A stretch of 58,611 bases of DNA, filler included, from Platydemus manokwari (taxonomy: Eukaryota), in assembly GCA_037951405.1 (NCBI GenBank). It is 5 parts of 5 records of this genome, joined end to end, with 100 filler letters (N's around TTAATTAATTAA, not from the genome) between each part and the next. Parts side by side here need not be neighbours in the genome. Positions count along the whole stretch, not along the records: positions 1 to 12,254 come from JBBMOY010225561.1; positions 12,355 to 22,344 come from JBBMOY011181434.1; 3 more parts are not named here. The stretch is one strand, 5' to 3'. The number at the start of each line of letters is the position of its first letter. The stretch's first letter is position 1. Under the pieces are notes generated by a model that saw only the letters and a list, made by a program, of their open reading frames with translations, had not been told where the DNA came from and did no database searches. Position numbers and translations under genes: made by a program. Shown here piece by piece: positions 1 through 13,037 of the stretch.

Positions 1-135
1 TTGCGCAATTGTCAGTTGCTACAATCCAATAAACCTCCCAAGATGTTATTACATCACCAATAATAAAATGATGTATAAAACATCGTTATTGTATTAAATA
101 AATTATTCAGTGTAAAACGTCTTATTTGTAACAAC

Positions 136-700
136 TATTATCGAAATAACGTTTATAAAAATCTAAAATCAACTGTGAAATGCTTTACAGAACACTGATA
201 TATAAGTAATTCTTAATATTTCCTTGAGTCTTTAATAGGAAAATTTCAAACAAAAATATTCACCGCTTTATGAATTATTAACCAATTTCTTCACAGAATT
301 TATAAGGGCATTTACTATAAAAGAAAAGTGGTTCAGCGCAATACTCTTTAAAACAATTTTTGGATTTGAAAAGTCATAACAAGTTATTAACGGTAAAATT
401 ATTCAATTCAAAGTCAATTTTACGAGAGCACATATTGCAAATTTTCATATCTTAAAATTGATTTCAGTCCATAATCTAGCATCTGTTCCAGATAAGCAAG
501 CACAAGTCGTGAAATGTATATATGATATTTGTAATTGTAACTAGTGGATTGTAGGAGTCGATTAAATGGAAAATTAAATGTGAATCATAATCGTTTGAAA
601 TGAAAAATACTGTGTCTGAGTTTGTTGTTAAATGATAAAATAGAATTTGCTGATTATTTTGGTTTTTTATTAAGAGATGGCGTAATCATAAAATGAACTA
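136..700 (+). repeat. Dispersed direct repeat, copy A (copy B at 7515-8070)
   Basis: Colinear shared blocks, e.g. gaaataacgtttataaaa, gcaagcacaagtcgtgaaatgtatat, gtggattgtaggagtcgatt, tgtgtctgagtttg. Confidence 0.85.
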
Positions 701-1514
701 ATTTAATATGTAGTTTAATGAAATTGGATAGATAAATTAAAATTTATTAATACCCTTTGACACCAAATCCTAAACCCTAGAAAATACACTAATAATTCCA
801 TATTTGAAGCAATCATGAAATAAATTATTATAAATAAAGTTTATAATAATTGTTTCGTTTGTGAAAAGTAAAATGGATCAGTTAATTTGTATGATATTCG
901 AACATATAAATATATAACATTTAGAATTAGAAAATATAAGGTTTTCATTCGTCAACTTCAAAATTATCAATAAATTTCATTTTCTCACCTATTTATTGAA
1001 CGTAAAACCCATCCTAAGAATTCGAAAATGTGTGCTAAGTTTTATCTTAAGTCATATAAATTTGAAAATAAAAAATAACCTTCTAAATTTTGTTTCGAGG
1101 AAAACAAAAATTCTAATAATTAAAGACTGGCAGCAAATATTTTAAAATTTCAACATGAGATTTTAAATGAAGACTTGTAAATTGTATACCCCTGACAAAC
1201 CACAGGTGAAAATATAGATTTTCAATCTCAGCAAACTAAAAATTACGTGCTCATTTATATTAATTTTTTAAGATAAGATATTGAAACTGAATTAAAACTA
1301 ATAAATCACTACATACATACACACACATATATATACCTTTATTTATATTTTATAATTCGTTAAAATTATGTATTTTGAATATTTGTATAAATTCTACAGT
1401 TATGAAACATTTCGCATTATGAAATAATATGAAATAAAAAGAATAAAGTAAAACAAACGTTTCACTGTTATTTCAACGTATGGACTGCCATTGTTGACAG
1501 TGCCATCCATGCAA

Positions 1515-2555
1515 TCAAATGCTAATAACATTCATATCCATAATACAAATAGAATATTTAGCTTTCACAGCTCGTTTCATAAAATCATATCCCAAATGCA
1601 TGAACAGGTGTATTGCGATCGCTTCTTTCTCTTTTGGATTTTGTAATTTTCTATGATTTGCGAGATTTTGACAACCTCGAATTTGCCATTTACCTATCAA
1701 ATTATTCTTACATCGATCTTCGAGAAAGTTTTCAGTTAATGGAGAGAACATGTAAGCATTAGCTAAAATTACTGATTGATTGTGATTGACGGTTTGATTT
1801 ATTGATTTGACATACGATTCGAATTCTTTTGTTAACATAGTTGGTCCGGTTAGATCCAATATATGAGTATTATCTTGTTTTCTCAATTTATTCACAACGT
1901 GTTTAAAGAAATCATGATCAGGAATGCAAGCCATCAAACTATTCATTGCTGAATATTCGTAATTCCACAATATCCTCGTCTGTTCTTCTACTTCTTTACT
2001 GAGAATACATGAATTATTCTCCATTACAATATCAAATGGTTTTTGACATTTCGTATCAAGATCCATGTAAATACCTCCGAATTTTAACATGATAAAATAT
2101 CGATTTACATCTGATAACTTCAATGGTTCATCAGAATGTGATAAATAAGTGTTATAAATATTCGAATAACTTTGGAAATATTTATTTATAAGTGAAGAAA
2201 CAGATGTATCGGTCCAGAAAACAAATTCCGCATTTTTATTGATGGTCATGCATTGTTTCACATGAGGTGAATATTGAATTGGTATTTCATAATTTTTATA
2301 AACATAATGAATGATTCTCGGTATTCCATTTCGATATTGATTTTCTCTTCCAAACTCCAGTAGTTGAATTACAGATAATTTATTACAATATTTAACATTA
2401 TCAATCACAAATATCACAAATCCTTTCTGATAGAGAATAAATATAAATATTTGAAAGAGCGCTAAAGTTATTATTATTGATTTTATCTGCAAAGAATTTC
2501 TGCATTTAAATTATGGATTCATAATTATAACGAAACTCACTTTTTGTTTAAACAT
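1515..2555 (-). CDS. GT32-family (DXD, Gly_transf_sug / SUR1-OCH1-A4GALT-like) type II membrane glycosyltransferase, paralog 1; exons 2555-2541 and 2486-1515
   Basis: N-terminal TM helix; GIPRIIHYVY, DVNRYFIMLKFGGIYMDLD (DXD), NSLMAC..HDFF, TGP motifs. The ORF-track TTG start lies in a splice acceptor (ttctttgcag). Proposed start ATG TTT AAA CAA AAA at 2555-2541, then a 54-nt gtgagt...ag phase-0 intron. Confidence 0.88.
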
Positions 2556-4974
2556 TTACAATTTTTAGTGCACAATAAAAAGAGGGTTATTATTGAAAAG
2601 TGGTATGCAATACTCCATGAACCCTAATATTAATATCCAGTTATTTATTCCTTTGATCATTTGACATTTTCTTGTAATCATGATTGGCCAATCAATAGTC
2701 CATATTTTATTTGAGTTTATTAATATTAATAAGGAAAACATTTCATTATAATTCACATATTGTACACTTGTAATAGAAAATTGCGATCTCATTTTATTTG
2801 ATTGAAATTATCATTTCGATTGTTTGAGTTTATGTTACTATTACTTGGAGAATGTATTTCCTGGATTCATCAAACATTGGCTAGAATTATGTACTATTGG
2901 TATTGTCTTTGAAATGTCAGACTCGAAAATCAATACTGATAAGTTTTACTACTGCCTTGTGTAATGCACAAGAAACAAAAACGGTTGTATGCACTTGTGA
3001 TTAAATTGATCAGGCCTGTTGGTATTAAAAATTTTATAATAAAAAGATTACATTTTTACATTAATTGAAAATACTTAATTGCAGCCTGGTCTGTCTCACC
3101 TTTCTATATATTCTCATCCTTCTTTATTAACTTAATAATCTGTTTTCTCTATTATCAATAAGGAATAGAAAATAGAACATCAAATACTATCTATAAAATA
3201 AGCTATGTTAAAAATAATAACAAAAAATTAAGAAAATAAAAATGTGACTTGTGTTATAAAACGTTTAATAATAAAACATTAAATATTTGTGATCAATGTT
3301 GTAGTGATTTTGTAAAAGAAATCAATTTTATAAATCATCAAAGAATACGTAGTAAAGATTGCAAAGAAATTACAAAAGTAGTCATTTATTCAACTGATAA
3401 TACTATTTTATATTTCGAAATTATAATCACCAACTAATATCACCACTTTTAATAATCGGAAATATTTGATTGTATTCAAATTGAAGGCAACAACTATAGT
3501 ATAACGAAAAAACAATTTATCTATATGATTATGTAACTTATTTTGGAATATTGTATGAAATTTTTTTTAATTCTATATTAAACTTAAGTTAAAGAACGAA
3601 TATAGTTTATCAAAGAGTTCAAGATATTTGGAATAAATTTAATTGTAAAAAATTATGGGATTGTTAGTATTAGTATTAATATTATTAAACTTATTATTAT
3701 TGTTATTATTATGATTATGCTCTTGGCTCAAGGCATGGCGTGAATTTTATTAAATTCATAAATCAATAATCTTCCTTTTTGAGATAAATTACTATTTTCA
3801 ATATAAGGTGTAAACATTTATTAAAACGAGTTATTTCTTTCCCATTAATATTATCTATAAAAATAGTTTCATCCTTTGATACAATACAACTTGCTTTCAC
3901 ACCATTGGGCAAGACACACAAAACTATATTCTTTGCAGTTTTCATTCTCTAACATTTTTACAATTTTTTTTATAATTTCTTGAAAATTTATCTAAAAACT
4001 TGAAATTCTACACCATGCCAATTTTGTTTGTTTTGATGTTGGGGTATTGTCAAAAACCAAATCAATTTTTAGGCTTTGATGTATATTTTATTTCAACATG
4101 ATTTCCTAAATTTTTATGTGGATCTTCATTAAAAATTATAATTTTAATTGTAAAGCAAGTAATAATTAACTCTTTCTTCTTTAAAACTCATAATTTTGTT
4201 TTCTATTTTCATCATTTTAATAATTATTTATTGTTTTCTTTTAATAAATAACAGTTTCTGTGATTTTTTTGATTTTTTTCTATTTTTAATAAAATAAGAG
4301 TTTCAAAAATTATTTAAATTTTCATCAATTTTCATCTCCTTGTCTTCCAAATTAAAGTCTAAAATATGCAACCATCATTATGATGAATTCGGTTTCTGTT
4401 AAGCATTCTAAAAATTTCCATTGATTAACTTTTTCAGAGATTGAATTTATTTATATTTTACTTATTTGTTTATATTCCTATTCTGGTAATTGTTGATTTA
4501 TATATTTCATGAATTTTTTCATTACTTTATTTATATCTGGTAACTGACGATTTTTATTTTTAATTGATGTTTTTTTTTTAATTGATAAAGAAAGATGATT
4601 TCTAAATATTTATGAGTTTTTACAATTTTATTTTCTAAATATCCAATAACATTTTCGAAATGCTCTGCAAAATTATTTACATACTTCACACATATTTTAC
4701 CTATTAACAACAACATTTCCATTCTCTGAATTTCTTAAATTGATTAGTTTATTATTATTCATTCTTAACATTCCTTTCATTCCATCTCCTAGTTCATTCA
4801 TATATATATATACATACTATCATAAATTTTTTCATTAGAGATAATATTTTCTCTAACTTCTATCGGATTATTTAATAAAATATTTTCAAATTTATCACTC
4901 TGAATCATTTGTGGGACATTTTATAACAGCAAATATTACGTTTATTTTATAATACAATTTCGCTAAAATCTCAA

Positions 4975-5290
4975 CTACAACGACTGTCTGAGATGAATTT
5001 CCCATGATATTTCTCAACCATTATAATCTATTAAATTACTGTTTTGATCCGTAATTTGCAAATCTAATTTCCTGATTTTGAAAAATAAATTGATTGGCTT
5101 ACTCATTCAAAATATCGATTGTTGTAAGATCAGAAATATTTATTTTATTTACAGCCAAATAAATTTCACGGGGCTGTACTTTATTATTTTCGAATCCTAA
5201 AACAGAACCTAAAGTTATAAATTTAATTTTTTCTTTTGTTGTAAACCCACGTTTTATTTATGCTTTTTCAGATAGTAATAAAATACTTTA
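4975..5290 (-). pseudogene. Polinton/Maverick (adintovirus-like) minor capsid (penton) gene fragment
   Basis: Minus-strand translation LGSVLGFENNKYSP...NKINISDLTTIDI...LQITDQNSNLIDYNG*EISWEIHLRQSL* aligns by eye with the penton remnant at 13038-13783; internally deleted and frameshifted. Confidence 0.65.
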
Positions 5291-5299
5291 AATTTGGTT

Positions 5300-6800
5300 T
5301 CCATTAGCATCTACATGAGGAACACCATCTATTCTTTAAACTCAGTCAATTTAGTGAATACAATAAATAATATCAAAAGAACTTTACCACCTAGTGTTGA
5401 ATTTTATACATTTATTGACTCCACTGTACAAGATACTAGCCGTCAATTTTTTCTTCAGTGTGATCTCTTTTCTCTGTGGTTCTGGTGATTCTATTCTTAT
5501 TTCTTCTTTCCTAGAGTTTCTTGTAATAATCATTAATATCAGTTAATACTCATCTTATAAAAGAACCCTTACGATTTAATCTATACAGTAAATACACTAT
5601 GTACTGTACTTTTAACATTGAATATTTTGAGTTCTGACAATACGTTGTAGTCCGTAGCTGACTACAACTTTTGTCGCTACCCTTAAAATTACTACCAAGA
5701 TTACAGTAGTTATAATTGAGAATCCTACTATCATTAATTGTTTTACCGATCCTGAAAACCCTTTTAGTTTTAATTCTATTTCGCTTTTTAGTCCAGTACC
5801 CACTTTTTTAATTTGAGTACCGGAAAGGCTAAAAACATACTCTTTCATCACTTTACTTATCATTTTTCTTCGATTCCTTTGCGCTTTCATCCATATCCTA
5901 AATTAATGGCAATATATGGCTATGATAGGTTTCATTGTTTTTGTTGTGGGTCGGGCTTTTTTATTTTGCGTCTGCTGCAAGCATTAATCTTAATATGCTT
6001 ATCGGCAAATTTCCTTTCTTTCCACGTGGTCATTGTTGCCACTGTTTTTATTATAGAACGTAGCTCATATCTGCTAAGTTCCACTACTATCACTGTTTTG
6101 AATTTGCTTACATCAACTATCAATGGTCCCGCGTGTCCTTTTTTTAATTGTAAATTGGTAGGTGTCACTTTTGATACAGTGTACGGGAATTTAAATCTAC
6201 TAATACCCGTTATCCTATTTTAAATTAATGAGGTTTCGTCTCTATCGTATATTTTTTTATAAATCTTTCTATCGGCTCTATTTTATCTGTAGTCAGGCTT
6301 TCTTTCAAGCTGTTTGCATTCTTTCCTGCATCTCAGTTTTATAATCTTTTTCGTCTACATAGTGTGATGAGGGTTGAACATACTTCAAATCTATGAGCAT
6401 TTTATTATCCTTTAGATACATTAAATATAATCGTGTGCACTTTGATGTTCTATGCACTATATTTCTGTGTGTACGTGCATATCCATGTCTCTTTGGTTAG
6501 TGCTTGTATAGGGAGATAACATGTTTCTTAATGTATTATTGAATCTTTTTATTAGGTATTCAACTGCAATACATGTAATAATTTGAAATTTTCTGCCATT
6601 ATACTGCCCAGTAAATATTGCCCTCTATCTGTTTACATTTTTTAATATTGTTCAGATACGAAGCACTATCTGAACAATATTTCTTCAACAAATATTTATG
6701 AAATTATTACTGACTTATAATTTGGTATCTTGAAAGCTTCTAGTCAACGCTTTTTTCCTTATTTTAATCTTCGTCTTGTGACATTTTGACAGAGCGTCCT
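5300..6800 (-). mobile_element. Decayed Ty3/Gypsy LTR retrotransposon: integrase core, GPY/F-like C-terminus and a downstream TM-containing frame
   Basis: Minus strand TDRGQY (6630-6613), LIKRFNNTLRNMLSPYTSTNQRD (~6555-6487), FKIG*RVLV...GHAGPLIV (6225-6115); many stops and frameshifts. Boundaries are approximate. Confidence 0.75.
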
Positions 6801-7104
6801 CATTTGCATTTGCTCTTCTTTTTCGATATTTGATCTCAATATCAAATTAAAAATTTTGGAAGCCCAGCAAATCAGCCTAATGGTCGATTCCCTATATTTC
6901 AATATTTTTACAAATTCTTTATCTAAATTTTGAACTTGAATATATTTCCTTTTAGTGATAAATATTTCAACATATTCTTACAAATAGTATATTTATCGCC
7001 TTGAAGTAATTTAGATCCGTAAATCTTTCTTAAAACTAATTAAACCCTCTAAAGCGTAACATAGACAAACTAACGATAAGAGTGACATTCACTTTTTCAA
7101 AGAT

Positions 7105-7345
7105 TATTGAAAAATGCAGACCAATCGGAGCATCAATTTGTTATATTTTATGGTACCAAGAATTAGCTCTTTACATGAAATTATTCAAAAGATGATTCCC
7201 AAATAAACTTTTGGAACTTGTAAAATATTGCAACACCTAGCTCATATGAATTTCAATTTAAAAGTTTTGATTCTTCATTTAAATTCCAGTCATTTCATTG
7301 TCATATAAATTATCCAGATCCAGTAAAAATTACATTTAAACCCAA
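7105..7345 (+). repeat. Local diverged duplication, copy A (expanded copy B at ~8470-9230)
   Basis: Shared blocks gaccaatc(g/a)gag(c/g)atcaatttg, ttcccaaataaac, gtaaaatattg, tccagtaaaaat(t/a)acatttaaac. Confidence 0.65.
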
Positions 7346-7514
7346 CCAAATAGCTAGAAACAATAAATATAAGAAAATATTGTGTAAATATTGAGATATT
7401 TATTCAAAATAAGGTGCACCATTCTGTTCTTGATTTGAAATAATATTTAACGATTAATAGCTGTTATACTTCTGTTGAAGTTCTTATTAAATTTTTAATT
7501 TTTTCTCTAAATTA

Positions 7515-8070
7515 TATTATTGAAATAACGTTTATAAAAGTTTAACCATGAAATACTTTATAGAAATTTGTAAGTAATTCCTAATATTTACTTGAGTTTC
7601 TAATAAAAAAAATTTCAAACATAAATATTCACCAGTTTATGAATTATTAAGCAAATTCTTCACAGAAATTCTTCACACGCAATACTTTTTATAACAACTT
7701 TTGGATTTGAAAAACGGTAAAATAATTCAATTCAAAGTCAATGATATACATTATTTACGAGCTCACATGTTGCAAATTTTCACATTTTTAAATTGATTTT
7801 CAATCCACAATCTGTTCTATTATTGAAATGTTTGAGATTTTTATGAAACTTTTATGTTTAGATCAGCAAGCACAAGTCGTGAAATGTATATATAATATCT
7901 GTAATTGTGACTCGTGGATTGTAGGAGTCGATTTAATGAAAATTTAAATTTGAATCATAATCTTTTGAAATTAAAAATAATGTGTCTGAGTTTGATGTTA
8001 AATGATAAAATAGATTTGTCTGATTATTTTGGTTTTATATTAATAGATGTTGTAATCATAAAATAAACTA
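7515..8070 (+). repeat. Dispersed direct repeat, copy B (copy A at 136-700)
   Basis: Same colinear blocks as 136-700, with small indels. Confidence 0.85.
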
Positions 8071-10457
8071 AAATATAGCCACAAAGTAATATAAAAATAA
8101 AATAAATTTTACATGGAAAATGAGTATTATCATCATGAGACAGATATGACAATCTTCAGATAAAGTGAGATTCAATTACACAATAGGATATCGTAAATAA
8201 TGTCGATCATTTAAGTTGTATGATAAATGCTTTAGATGATTTTACTGTTAATATTTTTTTTGATTTCGTTTGAATTATTTGTCGAATTACATAATATGAA
8301 TACCCTTGTTTATATGTGATGATGTAAAATCAAGAATATAGCTATGATCTAAGATTTAAAGCAAAACCTAGAAAAAAGGCACATCAGTGACGTATGTTTT
8401 AAGCTAAAGAATTGCAGCACAAAACGTAATAGTTATCTTAGATGATGATAATCTGAGACATAAAAGACATTGAAAAACCAAGACCAATCAGAGGATCAAT
8501 TTGGTATAATTTATGAAACAAAAAATTAGCTCGTTACACGGTGAAGGTATTTGAGCAGATAAAAATAACAGTACAGTTTAATTAAAAGACATTCACAGGA
8601 TACCTCTATCGGTGTCTGTAGGGACACCGAGTGAAACAGCATCAGTGCGAAATAGGAATTCATTATAGACGTTGATGAAAATCTATGAGTGGTAAAAAGA
8701 ATAATCACAACGACAATATACCATTCAACATATCTATAGAGTAATCATTAATAGTCATCGCAATCTTAAAAATGATTTTAGATATGCTTGCAAAGATTGC
8801 CAGGTCCACAAGCAGCGATACGCCTTGCTTATTAAATAAATATATACAATTGTATACATTATAAAATCAGTTGTTTAAATCAATAATTCCCAAATAAACC
8901 TATAAGAATAATCGATATTTCTTTGGAACACGTAAAATATTGGAACGTCTACCTTATATGAACTTAAATTTAGGACTTTTTATTTTTCATTAAAATTCAT
9001 CATCATGCATGTTATGTGCTACTATTTTAAAAAACACAAATTAAAAAAAAACTAAAATTTTAAAATTTAAATCCAAATACTTAAACAAATAAATTTAATT
9101 TTAAATAAGTAATATTTTATATAAAATTAGAAATAAATTTGAATTGAAAATTTAATTCATTTAAAGTATCTTAGAATATAAGTTATCGAAGTTTCTCCAA
9201 ATCCAGTAAAAATAACATTTAAACTCAACTCTCAAGTTAATTGTGTTGAGAGCTTTGATAAATTATTGTTTCCAGAATGATTTACGGAATTGATAAAAGC
9301 TTTAATTATGAATGATTAGAAAACTAATGGGTGGATCTTATTTACGCTTTGGTAAGTCATTTTATTACTGATTTTCATTTTAATTAAGGCTTGCTCATCT
9401 ATCTCATTATTGTCAAACTATCTTTATATTGATTTGTAACATTTATGTTCACGCTTTAATTGAAACAGTTGGATTTTATATGACTATTTTATAGAAGTTT
9501 ATTGAAAAAACTCAGTATGTATCATCTGAGATAAAATCAATTGAATGAATTAGTCAAGAAATATTTTCATATTAAACACACGGAAGTGATATTATAGTGA
9601 ATATAACAACACTACATCACGCAACAACTTCAAACATATTTTCTTTAAATAATATATATGACACTAATACCTGATGTTGGTATCAAAGTTCAGATTTTCG
9701 GTTCTAATCAATATTTCAGGTATAAATTTAAAACTGATAATCCCCGATTAATAAAAATTTACACAAAGTAATCAATGGAATTATCATTTAAACAAATAAC
9801 CGTTGAAATTATGGGCATAAACAATGGACGCTATTGAAACCAGTAAAATCAATCCATTAACGTATATGTATTCTCTTTGTTGGAAGAACAAAATTAATTT
9901 TAATATTATAAAAACCATGATTTCATTGAAAATAAAACATTTTGTCTTTGGTCGAATGATTATAACATTACGTATTGATTTGTAAATGTTTTTTGTAACC
10001 TTAGCAAGAATTATAAAACGTACTGATCACAAATTACCAGTAATCAATGCATACATGACAAAACCAAAAATATTTTCATATACCATAATTTATTAAATAG
10101 ATCGGCTATACTTATAAACATCTTTTAAATACTAACAATATTAAATATATAAAACATGTATAATAATATTTAATAATAATAATAATAATCACATATTAAA
10201 TATGTTTATCTGAATAAAAAATTTATTATGACTAATTTGACTTTAAAATTATAACTATAATCATTATATTAATCGCGATATCCGGTTGTGATAACTGTTA
10301 TGATTCACCAATCAAATAATCACCAATCGAATTTCATTGAATTACGTTCAAAACTGAAATGATTTCTCGCGTTTATTAGAATTTATAAGATATCACATTC
10401 GAAAATTACGATTTGGGTTTGGAAAATTAATTTGGGAAAATATCGACTGACAGATAA

Positions 10458-11575
10458 ATGTTTAAAAAATTAGTAGGTATGTTGTATGATGATTATAATC
10501 AGTATTTAGATTGATTTTTAAGAAATCTGTGAAACTTTTTGTGATCTTATGGATCTTATCGTTAATTATCATTTTAAAATTGAATTCTGTAAAAATTTAT
10601 AAAAATAACCAAGAAAGAAGTACAATAATTCTTTCGAATGAAACTTGCACCTCTATGTATGTTAATGAACTGATAGATCGCGGACTGAAAAATCAATATG
10701 GAAATGGAATTCCGAAAATTATTCATTATATTTATAAAAACCATCAAGTACCAGTCCAATATTCTCCTCATATCAAACAATGTATGAATATCAATAAAGA
10801 TGCCATATTCATGTTATGGACCGATGATTCTGTTGCAACACTCATTTCTCAACATTTTCCATTCTATCTTTCTCTTTATGAAAGTTATTTTAATAAATCA
10901 ATTGAGGCTCTCAAATTAGCAGATATCAATCGATATTTTATCATGTTAAAATTCGGAGGTATTTATATGGATCTCGATACGAAATGTCAGAAACCGTTTG
11001 ATGTTGCAATGGAAAATAATTCTTGTATTCTCAGTAAAGAAGTAGAATTACAGAGTCGAATTCTGTGGAATTCTGAATATTCGGTGATGAATAGTTTGAT
11101 GGCGTGCATATCCAATCATGATTTCTTTAAATATGTGGTGATGAATTTGAAAAATGCTACAAATCGATCAGTATTATATGAAACCGGTCCTCTATTTCTA
11201 ACTGATGTGTATAAATCATTTATCGATACAAATAAAACCGGTCTCAGTGACAGAAACGCAATTTCATTAGCTGATCCCTATATGTTTTCACCTCAGGTAG
11301 ACAAATATCTCGAAATCAGATGCCATCCTCAAAGTGTTGGTGAATGGCGAATCAAAGGTTGTAAAGATTTACCACATCATCGAAGAATTGAAAAGATAAA
11401 AGAAAAAGATTCGGTTGCAGTACATTTGTTCATGCATTTAGGTTATGAAGACAGGAAACATTTGATAAAACAAACCGAGAACATATGTTTGTTCTTTCTT
11501 TATGTAATGATATTCAATGATATCACAAACGGTGGTGAATTATCCACCAATTCTTCTTATAGTCAACAAGTATAG
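10458..11575 (+). CDS. GT32-family DXD glycosyltransferase, paralog 2; exons 10458-10472 and 10523-11575
   Basis: Same motifs as paralog 1 (GIPKIIHYIY, DINRYFIMLKFGGIYMDLDTKCQKPFD, TGP). ATG TTT AAA AAA TTA followed by a 50-nt gtaggt...tttaag phase-0 intron at the same codon position as in paralog 1. Confidence 0.88.
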
Positions 11576-12254
11576 AAACTATATTCACGATTCGTTTACT
11601 CAAAGATTGTAATTTCAATCTCAAATAACCGTATGATAAATAAAGTTTTATTTCCAAGTTTTCTACTGGTTATCGAGTTTTGATAGTCAACTTGCCGTTC
11701 CGAGTAATTTGGTTTGAAATTGATTTTATTGTATGCTACAGAATGTCATTATATGTAACATTGGGATCACAGTTTACATCACAGAATACTATGTATATTG
11801 ATTTTGTTACTGTGCACTTACTCGTCGGAATAAAATGCTTTTAGTTACATTAAAATTTACAGAATCATTCTGATAAAATGTAGTTATAAATAACAACCTG
11901 ATGAATCTGATCTCATGAATTGAAAGTCCTACATTGGTTCGGTCTTTTATTGGATTAAGTGATACAATTTCAAGTAGTTTAATAAGATAATCGTCGTGAT
12001 TCATAAAATCAATGTTGGATGCATTTAAAACATCTCAATTTTGGGGTTAGTTTTAAAATACGATAAATAATCAAAATTTACATAAGATTAAAATTGTAAA
12101 ACTTTGAGTTAAAAGATATTTTTAAAAAATTATATTAAAAATAAATATACCATATTGATATTTTTAAAAGGATCTTGCTTAAAAGATACTGTTAAACTAT
12201 CTATTTTAAAATTATTAAAATTATTTAAATTAATAAAAGTATACTTAAATATTT

Positions 12255-12354
12255 NNNNNNNNNNNNNNNNNNNNNNNNNNNNNNNNNNNNNNNNNNNNTT
12301 AATTAATTAANNNNNNNNNNNNNNNNNNNNNNNNNNNNNNNNNNNNNNNNNNNN
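12255..12354. other. Assembly gap with artificial TTAATTAATTAA linker
   Basis: N44-TTAATTAATTAA-N44; the same construct occurs at 22345-22444, 34906-35005 and 45495-45594. Confidence 0.95.
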
Positions 12355-13030
12355 TTTACGAATCTCCCTTACATCCCCTCTCTTTTAAAATCCTTCAAAC
12401 ACTCTATATTTCTTATTTTCACTTTCCCAGTATCATTCTTCAGCTTGTAACTCCTGTCGTGAATTTTTTCTATTATTAGATATGGGCCTTCATATCTATC
12501 TTCCATTTTATTAGAGTTTTCTTTTTTCATTAAAACCCATTGATCAACATTGTATTTTCTTTCCGTTTGCTATTCTCCCTTGTTTTTCTCATCATATCTA
12601 GCCCTCAGTTGTTTTTCAATATTCCTTTGATTAGGTTTTCTCTGATTCGCTAACTGATGTACATTTATATCTTCTAACGTAACTTGTCTTTCTTGCCATT
12701 CTTTATTAATAGATCTACCAAAAACTATTCTGGCTGCTGAAAATTTAGTCGATTGTTGTATTGTAAGGTTCATCATAAATTCAATATCAGGCAATAAATC
12801 AACCCAATATGTGTATTTCTTGTCTAGAATACATATCGTTATGGCATTCGATTGAAACAGAATTGCCCATTCTTCGTTGAGAATGCCGTCTTTAATAGTC
12901 AGTCTTCCTCAAGTTCTACTTGATAATAAGCATTGCCCAAGTAAATCGTGCTGAAAATTTTGGCACCATTTAAAATATCCATCATTTCTTCTACATTCGG
13001 AATTGGAAACAAAGGTCGTTTGGTTTTGAA
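12355..13030 (-). mobile_element. Gypsy remnant: RT fragment joined to integrase C-terminus
   Basis: RT piece FPIPNVEEMMDILNGAKF..TIYLGNAYYQVEL...TAFSTKNGQFCFNRMP (13015-12841) abuts integrase WVDLLPDIEFMMNLTIQQSTKFSAARIVFG and DQWVLMKK...RYEGPYLIIEKIHDRSYKLK. Confidence 0.85.
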
Positions 13031-13037
13031 TTAAAAA

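Noticed and set aside
11896-11945. CTGATGA...GAAA hammerhead-like motif
   Set aside because: Stems I and II do not pair convincingly.
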